A DNA stretch of 62,705 bases, filler included, from Globobulimina sp. (lineage: Eukaryota), in NCBI GenBank assembly GCA_003354225.1. It is 20 parts of 20 records of this genome, joined end to end, with 100 filler letters (N's around TTAATTAATTAA, not from the genome) between each part and the next. Parts side by side here need not be neighbours in the genome. Positions count along the whole stretch, not along the records: positions 50,254 to 53,291 come from PIVH01003925.1; positions 53,392 to 56,429 come from PIVH01003926.1; positions 56,530 to 59,567 come from PIVH01003927.1; 17 more parts are not named here. One strand, given 5' to 3'. Below the pieces are notes generated by a model. The model was given only the letters and a program-made list of their open reading frames with translations, was not told where the DNA came from and made no database searches. Below, one piece after another: positions 50,254 through 59,667 of this stretch (its first letter is position 1; the number at the start of each line of letters is the position of its first letter). A program made the position numbers and the translations under genes.

Positions 50254-52627
50254 CATTGGCCGCGTTATATGCATCGGTTAAATATGTTTGTTTAAATTGA
50301 AATATATATTGTCCAGTTTCAGGGATAATGACTTGCGGACATCGCATGCTTTGGATATTAGTATATTTATCATCGGATACTAAGATTGCAAAAGATTCGA
50401 ATTTTAGATTTGCATCTTTTGCATTGGTAAATACACATTTTATGGACATGTTATTGGATAAAATATACGTCAGACTGCTATTATGTTTGTAATAATAATA
50501 TTGATAATGATCAATATATAAATTTGATAATGTAAAGCCAAAATCTGTGATATTATTAATTAGTAACAATGTATTATTAATACTGTTTATCATCGGCTTA
50601 AAAGTCTGAAATTGCAAATTAAACAATATAAATGATGTAATTTTATCTTCATCGATATCAAACGCAGTGAAATTGATGTCGCACGAAATATTATTCTGAT
50701 TAAATGCCATTGGTGCTATATACGACCAGTTTAATATTCCATTTCCCATATCATTCATCACAAACTGCATCGAGACGCAATCAGCACTAAACATTGCATA
50801 TTTATATCCCTTTGGTGAATAAGTAAAATTATTATACGCTTTATCCACAATTTGGGTATAAAAATATTGCAAACTGGAGGCCGGGTAAATATTATTATTG
50901 CTATCTTTAAATATAAATATAGAATTTATTAAGTACGGCGCTGAATTGTTTATCAAAAATGGGATTTTACTCGAATTAAAATACGTTTCTGAGCTTAAAT
51001 AAAACTGATAATTTCTCGATGGCGGAATTAAATTTGTAGCGATTAAACAAGAAACATATGCACCATTTGCTGTAATTTCACCCTTGCTGTGATACATTAA
51101 TTTATTCGGATCTTTTGAGTCAAGAAAATTGCAATAAAATGGTTGAGAATATATGAAATTGCTGCCATATACCAATAATACGGCGGCTTCGTCATTATCA
51201 GTGAACGATGTCGCTGACAATTCTTTAATGGACGGCGCATTGTATATACTTATCTTATTCGATACTGTCGTATAATTATATGTTTCTGAATAGATTTGTA
51301 AATTATAATTTGTGGACGGTAACAACGACGATAAATCTGTGAATTTGCAAATTATCTCCGAAGTCGATAATATTTTAGCTGGAATATCGCGATTTATATT
51401 ATTTAAATATAAATGACAATGCAATTTGTCGTCGTGTGGAGGTATACATTGTGACTGAATGGTAATATTAAAATAGTTAATGGCAGGCAATTGGTCGGGC
51501 AATACGCGTATATTCGGACTATAGGTCGATATGGAAACGCTTTTATTGTTTATAAAACAATTATGTACTTTTGATGTTATGTTTATGTATATTTTATCAG
51601 AACATATGTTATTTAATGAGGCGGATTGTGCGATATTAAATGATATTTGATTGCTTGCTACATTTATAATGGATGAGCTTGCAATATTTAATACAAATTT
51701 ACTGTCATATTTATCGTATACTACGATTACAACATTATCGCTGCTGACATCGTCGCCAAAATTACCATACAAATGAATAGTGTCTCCACCATTTAATGAG
51801 ATTGCTTGCGGTGAAATTGCATGGATGTAAAATAACTGCAAACACAAATGTTTCATATTATTTGTGGTTGTATTATTCAAAAAATCGTAATATACAAAGA
51901 CGCCGTTATTGTCCGCATGGCTTAGGTTATAATTCAAATCAAATAAATGTTTCATTGTTTGTTTACTGATGCTTTTATTATAGAAACGGATGTCGCTCAA
52001 TAACTGCATAAATCCGCCATTATTTGTATTATCTCCGTCGCCTATACATAACACATTGTTCGATTGTATTGGATTTCGATTTTGTTTGCTGTCGCCCCAT
52101 GTGATGTTGTTCCATAATGTGTTGTTTGAATATACATAAAACCCAGTTTTTTGCTTGTATATGATGGTGATGTATTGCCAGACATTATTTATCATCACAT
52201 GCTGTGAGGAACATTGCGCAGTGTTGGCATGTATGGATGCGCATTGTTGCGAATTATTGAAATATACATCAAAATAAGAGGTCTTAGTGGCTCCACTCAC
52301 CGTTTCTGTTGCGAGCAGGAATGAGGTGATGTCGGATGCTACGCCGTTGGAGTGGCAGTTGGAGATTATATTGTGAGTGGTTGAGGTGTTGCGGATGCTG
52401 TTTGTTTGTGGATAATACCAGAATGAGAGTGTAAAATTGCCATTCCATACATATTTTGGCCATGAATATTGTCCCAATAATTGTGCTGCGGAACTTAACT
52501 GCAAACACGATGATGTTCGCGGACAACTGGATGACTGGTAGTATGACACATATTTATTGGGCGACAAGCTGAAGGGTTGCGATTGGCACAATACAAACAA
52601 TGATATCACTAACACAAACAGCACCAT
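50254..52627 (-). CDS. Secreted/surface protein with LamG (concanavalin-like) domain and IPT/TIG-like repeats, 3' partial
   Basis: Signal peptide, NFTLSFWYYP...WQYITIIY...LCIG...LSDIRFYNKSIS, ISPQAISLNGGDTIHLYGNF and LLVYGSNF. Confidence 0.75.
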
Positions 52628-53391
52628 TGTCGCAAACTTTAAATTCGAAAGGGTTGACGTTTTCTAAATTAAAGTTAGCAGAATTAATTATTTGGTTGAA
52701 ACTTCATTTTGTAGTGAAAGTGTGTCGTAATCATCGTCCCACTCAAACACTGTTATTTTAATGCATTCCGTGCTATTACTGCTATATTGCCCCACTGCTT
52801 CCTTTGCTGACAAAGGTGAATCTTTCCTCGCTTTGATTAGCATTTTTTTCAAATTCCATATCGATTGATTGTCGTCCATTATTTGTGAACATATAACATA
52901 ATATTCCTGATTTCTATAACTTTTACATTCGGGAAAATATCAGTTAATATTTCCAAATTTCCACTGATAATCAGCTCGACAAATTAAATTGAATACGTTT
53001 GGATATTTCTGTTCCAAAATTAAATAATCAATGGTCAATTTCTGTAGTCGCTCTTCTAGCTTTGCTTAACAGTTTTTGTTTATTTCTCTAACTTCACATT
53101 TTTCCCACATTACCATCCCCTTTTTTTTCATCTTGAACTAGCACTGTAATTTGTATCGTTTCGTTCGACCAAGAATTAGTTCGCGATGGAGAATCATCAT
53201 CAAAAACACCCGAACGATGATAAAAGTAGCAACACAACCAAACCAAGCATTGATTTTAATTTTTTTTTAAACACAGAGATAAATGACAGTANNNNNNNNN
53301 NNNNNNNNNNNNNNNNNNNNNNNNNNNNNNNNNNNTTAATTAATTAANNNNNNNNNNNNNNNNNNNNNNNNNNNNNNNNNNNNNNNNNNNN

Positions 53392-53958
53392 CTCTTTGGC
53401 CTGGCCATCCTCTCGGATCCGGATCACGTCCATAACCCTCGTATCCTCATCGATCCTCAGTGCAAAGCCGATAGGTCCGCAAAACATAAAGTCCATCATT
53501 TGCACCGGCAAATCCACCTTCAGCTGGTTCATGTAGTCCTCGTTCAGATTCTTGGCGTGTGTACGCGCAGCCAACTCCTCGTCGATGTACGCCATGGGAT
53601 CGTCGGTGATCTCTATCCACATCACGCCCGGTGGCGGGTTCACGCCTTCAATGGCGTACCAACAGCGCGGCGGAGGAGGGTACAAATTCAACTCTGACAA
53701 CAACAGTATGTTCCTCCCACCGATACTGTCGTATTTGAGCGGATTGCCATACAACAATTCATCGTCGTACACTACCATCCAAGTACCGTTTTTGGCGCAG
53801 TATAGCGCGGCTTTATTGTCCTGCATATGATTGAACATATAATGGTCGTTCTTCTTACCCGAACAGGTGTAATAGCCGTTGATTAGCGGGTTGCCGCCGT
53901 CCCGTATAAGCAACGCGTATTCGCAGTAGACGTCGTCGGCTAACAGATGCTCCACTTC
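53392..53958 (-). CDS. Hypothetical protein fragment, ending in a probable PDZ-domain start
   Basis: GC-rich coding bias, GGNPLINGYY...PPPRCW...GVNPPP module, and GPIGFAL...VIRIREDGQA. No ATG precedes the first module. Confidence 0.6.
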
Positions 53959-54659
53959 TTAGAGCCATAGCTTGCGTTTCTTATTCCGCCCGGTGCGTTT
54001 TTCTGTGTTTTGCTGATCGGATTTTAGACTGTTTCTGCTGTCGTGTTTGAATTTGATTTGTTTTGTTGGTGGGGAGTCGGCGGATTTTTGTCTGGTGGGA
54101 TCTGGGAAGGGCGCGGGCGAGTTTTCTGTGGTGGGCGCAGGGGTTACGTTGAGTGATGGGGGCAGACATTGGGTGGCAAAGCGGATGAGGTCTGACAGGG
54201 AAGTGACTCCCGTTTGGTTGAAGTCGCCTATATAGGAGGAATAGCCATGGTTTTGTAGCAATTGCTCGAGGGTGGAAGGTAAGGCGGTGTGGGATATGGA
54301 GAGTTGTGGCGTGAAGTTAATGTGGGAATAGTCGTCATTGAATTCAGATTGGATTGGCGTTTCTAGGTTTGATGAGCTGTGTTGCTGTTGGTTAAGTTTG
54401 ATGGTTGGATTGGTTACGTCTGGCTGTTGAGAGGTGGATGGGAGCTTAGATACAGGTTCTTTTTTGTTGTATGTGTGCGTGTGTTTTTGTAATGTATTTG
54501 GATATATTTAGGTGTACCAAGAACAGCGTCTGAATGCATAGGTGGTGAATTGGAGGAGAATGAGATGCCATTAATGATGGATGATAATGACTCTTCGAGC
54601 AAATCAAGTTTGCTTTTTGTTGGTGTGCCGAGTTGAGGGGTCTCACGTAATTGTGACAT
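53959..54659 (-). CDS. Ser/Pro-rich protein with SAM-like segment; join(54659..54518,54458..53959)
   Basis: Phase-1 intron 54459-54517 gives a continuous frame to LEQLLQNHGYSSYIGDFNQTGVTSLSDLI. It may be spliced to the downstream fragment. Confidence 0.55.
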
Positions 54660-54729
54660 GATCGACTTAACATTTAAGTCACCGGTTTTGTTTACAATTT
54701 TCGTTCTTTACAACCGGTTTTGTTCACTA

Positions 54730-56268
54730 ATGCATATTATCCAGCTCTCACTCTTTGTTTTATTGCTATTATTTCCTTCAAACATATGCCAGGGACAACG
54801 TGGGGAACAACCTGAGAAAGTTCCAGGCAAAAATACGTCTTACTCTGCATCTTATGATGATACCATATCGCCAACCATATTCCCAACCATATTCCCAACC
54901 ATATTCTCAACCATATCCCCAACCATATCCCCAACCATATCCTCAAATAATTCAACATTTACAATGATGCAGGGTCAGATAGCTAAGGTGAACAATACAG
55001 CATTTTTGTTGGCATTGTTTTTGATTGGCATACCATTGCTATTAATGATTTTCGCAGCCACACACAACACCAAATTCAAAGGCAGCGACCCTCCAAATTT
55101 TATATCAATATGGAAGAGTTTTGGCAATATTGCGGATTTATACACTGATCTGTTTTTTTTGTTACTATTGTTTTGCAAACGTAACTTGTTTCTCTTGCTA
55201 TGGGGCTCAATATTTCTTTCATTATCACATATTGGCTCGAATTCAATCGGATTATATTATCTCCAGAAATGGAAGAAAAACAATGTTTTGTACATTAGAG
55301 ACTATTATATTTTAGTTTTACTGATAAATATATTGGGTATGTTCTGAACTAGTTTTTAAAATCCGTCTGCTTGAATTATTTTTTTATGAGAACGTTTTTT
55401 ATATACAAAACAACACAAAATATATTAATATAATTATATAGTCGGATTTTACGCTTCGATACAATTGCTATCCTCAAAATTATTTTATTCAAAGTCGCTT
55501 TCAATGCAATTATCCGCAGCACAAACATATGCAATACAAAATATAAGCATTTGTAATGACATATTCCTTCGAAATATACCATTGATTACCATACAAATTA
55601 TTAGTGTCTTCGACTCGGAGATGAGAATGGATTCAATTACAGCCATTGCATTTGTTTGTTCTTTAATATCTTTAATCATTGGTTCATTAACATTGTTATC
55701 CCGATGTTTATCTACAAAGTGTAGATTTAATTATTATTACAATGAACCGAAAGCGAAACTGAATATTTTATTGAAATCTAGCGTTATTAGGGAGCATCAT
55801 CAATATTGTCATGTAATATTGTCACAATGTATAGCATTGTCATTGGAAATAGCAGCAGATCGATGCGAGACTGTATCAATTATACCTATTAAGAATGGAA
55901 TATCCTGTAACTTGGACATATTATTAAACAACGATGCCATTCAAATATATCAAAGAATCAACGACATACAAAACAATTGGCAATCTTCACTATGTAAATT
56001 AAAACGGAAATTATGCAATTCATTGCATATAATAAGTGATCATGAAATTGAAAATGATCAAATATTGGATGTTATAATCAGTGAAATCAATGCTGATCGT
56101 TATGCAGAATATGAGTATAAAGCATTGGATTTGGATCAAACAATGAATGAAATTGAAATTGTCAAAGTATTAAACCATCATCAGTTATATGAGGGGCACA
56201 CTTTTGATGATATGCGGGCAACATTGGATGATGAAAAATATGTGGAAGACAGTGATTCCTTTGTTTGA
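54730..56268 (+). CDS. Multi-pass membrane protein with signal peptide and PT-rich stalk; join(54730..55336,55442..56268)
   Basis: Signal peptide, PTIx repeats, and TM helices with ADLYTD, GFYAS..LLSSKLF and RNIPLITIQ. Phase-1 intron at 55337-55441. Confidence 0.75.
54862..54945 (+). repeat. Coding 12-bp tandem repeat x7 (TISP/TIFP)
   Basis: ACCATATTCCCA-like units, directly visible. Confidence 0.9.
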
Positions 56269-56529
56269 CAATTGCAATAATATACTGAAAACGGAGAAAA
56301 AAATAGTTTGATCGAAAAAATGTTTCACTCATTGTATTAATATTAAATTATTTATTAATTATTGCTACTATCACTAAACGATACATTCAAAAAGATACCC
56401 CGCCCCCCCCCATGTATACATTTTTCTCGNNNNNNNNNNNNNNNNNNNNNNNNNNNNNNNNNNNNNNNNNNNNTTAATTAATTAANNNNNNNNNNNNNNN
56501 NNNNNNNNNNNNNNNNNNNNNNNNNNNNN

Positions 56530-56884
56530 CAAATTGTAAATAATGATGAAGATTGGGATTAATTAAATGATTTATTTTGTTTTTAGCAAAGTCGATTTGC
56601 ATAAATTCTTTAAATCTATTTAAAATCAATGAATTTTCATCAACTTTATTTTGTAGATCATTATTTATAGCAAATGAGTTATGTTCAATAACATCGATTT
56701 GATGACTGTTTGAATTATGATTATTTGATTGCGAATTACGTTGATTCTCGAATGCGATTCTAGATCTTTTCAATTTTGTGTCGCGTAATCGATCAATTTC
56801 ATGTGTCATATTTGCATCGTCATCATTCTGTTCTAATTTATCATTTTTATTTTTATTTAATTCTTTGATTTGTATTTTATACAT
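56530..56884 (-). CDS. Asn-rich hypothetical ORF downstream of the ribozyme motif, 3' partial
   Basis: ATG at 56884, open to the contig end, on the same strand as the RT. No domain recognised. Confidence 0.45.
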
Positions 56885-57087
56885 AATTTGATGAATAAAT
56901 AAATAATATATATTGATATTATTTATGATATTTGATTTGATTCTAATCGTAATGATTTAGGGAATTTGTAATCTTGCGATACAAATAGTAATTGATGAGG
57001 TAACTTCCAACGAGTGGATAAGAGGGGAGACGTAAAATCTATATGGATAGATACGAGATTCACTCTTCAACGAAATACTAAAACAAT

Positions 57088-57149
57088 TTTATAAATTAAA
57101 TTAGTGACTAGTTTCGTGCTAAAATGCACTGATTCACACTTTTGATAAA
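57088..57149 (-). ncRNA. Candidate minimal type I hammerhead ribozyme with variant core
   Basis: The minus strand 57140-57103 reads AGT-GTGAATCA-GTGC-ATTTTA-GCAC-GAAA-CTAG-TC-ACT. That gives stem I AGT/ACT, stem II GTGC/GCAC, GAAA, a palindromic ACTAGT stem III and a GUC cleavage triplet. It lies in the 3' region of a Penelope-like RT. Confidence 0.65.
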
Positions 57150-57511
57150 CGTGAAAGGAAAAAACTGAAGGTTCTTGATTAAAAATCAAAAAACTTTGAG
57201 TTTGTAACACTTTGTGAAACAAATAATAAACACACACGTAATATATAAAAACACCATAAAAAGAAAAATCTGGGAAACACTAATAACGAGTGCGTAATAA
57301 ACGAATTTAATCCAAACTAACTCTAAATATATAAAAAAACAAAAACATAAAAATTGTGCACAACAATAAAGGGAATGGAATAAAAAGCGTTCAATATTTT
57401 CAATAACAAAATAAAAATACATAAAACAGTAAATTTATAATGTATCTAATTAAATAGAACAAAGAAAATAATTAAAATAGGGTAAAAAGTATAAAAATAA
57501 ACAATGAAAAC

Positions 57512-59567
57512 TTAATTTAAATATCTCATTAATTTATCATCAGTTTTATTGCAAATAGATATTTTAATCTTTTCTGCAAAATCTTGAGGTAATATACTCT
57601 TAAATTGTTTGAATATTTCTCTAAATCGATTATCATCATCAAATAATTGTTGATATACCTTTTTAAAATATATCGTTTTAACTTCATCTTCTTCAATTTC
57701 TTGCAAATATTTACTGCTTAAATCTGATATTCTTTCTTCAGACAAAAACTTAAACTCCGGACCCCAAATATTTTCGTCGTATAATTTCAAAAGATTTACA
57801 TAATATTTTTTCAATCTGTTTTCTTTTAATTTATCCAAATAAATATCTCGGTTAATATATTGAGGGAGTTTACGTTTTTTGAGGATTTGTCTAATAACAA
57901 CCGGCGGGAAATCACGGTTTTTCATTCTTTTTATCAATTTTTTAGTGAACGATTTGTGTTTCGTTTCACTATCATTTAAACAAATGGATCTAAATAAGAA
58001 TGAAAAGAAAATACATTCTTTTTGATTGAATGGGTTATTTGAATGGAAATGTAAATTTATATGCAAATTCAATGGCTTTTCGTACATAAATGTTACAATT
58101 CTGTTTGTTAAATGACATATTATCGACGTAGTATCCAAAAAAATAGATCTTTTGGAATATTTTGTTTTTAATACGAGGTTTTTTGGATAGATATTGTTTA
58201 ATGCAATTTTTCAATTTCGTCGTTAAATTGATCATTATCGATATCGATGATAGTTTTTAAATCGTCGATATACCGTTTCCTTAATGGAATATCACAATAA
58301 GTCAGAAATCGAATTGAATTATGAAAGATTCTTAGATTTTTAACTTCGTATCCATACAAACACAAATTTGCTAATGGGCCAGAATGGAAATTGCCAGTTC
58401 CTAAACCTATGACCATTTTTCGTGTCCAATTTTTGTATTTAATATATGTATTATCTCTGAACAACATTAACGAATCAATAACAAAATGGAATTTAAACGG
58501 ATTATATTCCAGATCACTTTGGATGTAATTTAAAATATCAAGGCATTGATTTAAAATCATTGAATCATACAACGCCACGACGTCAGAATCGAAGCTAAAT
58601 CTGTCTGTATTATTAAAATGGTGATCCTTTTCATTGATTGATTTGTAATTATTTATAAGTTCAAATGAGTTATTTAATACAATGAATAATTGCTTCTTTT
58701 CTTGGAATAACACTAACATTTCATCCAAAATGTTGCCAGTGTATACCGATAAAAATTGCGTATAAAAGTTGCCTGGATTGAAAATAAAACGCCATCCAAT
58801 TTTATGCAATTTCATCATCGGTCGAAGCTTGGGAAGAGGGAGGATTTTATTTTCATATTCAATCTTTTCCCAATCATTAAAAATACGATTCTTTCTCCAT
58901 TTTTCTCTGAAATAATTCAAGTGTTTTTGTGTAACACTTCTAACCAAAACAGAGATATTACGCGAGACTGCATTGCCCGACGCATAAACTGGTTTAAATT
59001 GCGGGCCATCTAAAAATTTGAGCACTTCCGTGTCTAATACACATACATCAATATAGACACTGCCCATCTTCTTATCTGACTCAATAATCGTAAATTTGTT
59101 CTTTTTTAATTCAAATAAGATGCCACGGATTGCTTTCGTTGTATTTTGGCGTTGGATATAATACTTTTTATTAAAAAAACACTTACTTTTCTTATTATTA
59201 ATATGTTGATTAACATTAATATCCAAGAAATTGTACGCTTTTTCTAATTCGTCGCTGGCAAATCTTTGTTTATTGTATGTTTCATTAAAAAACTTTGATA
59301 AACTTGATTTAAAATTGGTTTTTGCTCTTTTTATGCCTTTTGACCATAGTTTGATTGAGGGATTATCCAACGTATAATTACGGCCTTTATGTCCTATAAT
59401 TTTCACAATAAATGGGAGCGATTTCAACTCAGTTTTATTAAATATAGATTTGGGAAAACTTGTTTCCTTATTTCTATATTCTTTATATTTACTATGAGAT
59501 TGCGGATGAGGTGTTTTTGAACGGTATAAACCCGGACAAACGCATTCGGCGATGGTTAGACTGTCAG
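57512..59567 (-). mobile_element. Penelope-like retroelement reverse transcriptase (RT core plus thumb), one frameshift, 5' partial, no C-terminal GIY-YIG
   Basis: IIESDKKMGSVYID, PKLRPMMKLHK..WRFI, SDVVALYDSM, GLGTGNFHSGPLANL and RYIDD. After a shift near 58207-58211 it continues LNNIYPKNL...IFLD, YEKPLN..LHFHSNNP..QK and RDFP. The frame is open from the contig end at 59567. Confidence 0.88.
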
Positions 59568-59667
59568 NNNNNNNNNNNNNNNNNNNNNNNNNNNNNNNNN
59601 NNNNNNNNNNNTTAATTAATTAANNNNNNNNNNNNNNNNNNNNNNNNNNNNNNNNNNNNNNNNNNNN

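Noticed and set aside
53959-53961. Alternative genetic code (TAA read as sense)
   Set aside because: TAA, TAG and TGA all end genes normally elsewhere, and long conserved ORFs have no internal stops.
56990-57075. Possible second hammerhead (TTGATGAG on plus, TTGAAGAG on minus) or a SECIS element
   Set aside because: I could not build a stem II-GAAA-stem III arrangement or a SECIS core, and the visible RT ORF has no in-frame TGA.
57512-59567. RT as telomerase, group II intron, retron or DGR
   Set aside because: The SDK, KLHK..R.I and YEKP...HFHSNNP motifs fit Penelope-like RTs. No TERT T motif, intron domain V or template/variable repeat pair was seen.
3044-59667. Regularly spaced TTAATTAATTAA repeats about every 3.14 kb, suggesting an array, nanochromosome ends or piggyBac TTAA sites
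   Set aside because: Each sits in exactly 44+44 Ns between size-sorted contigs. It is an assembly concatenation linker.
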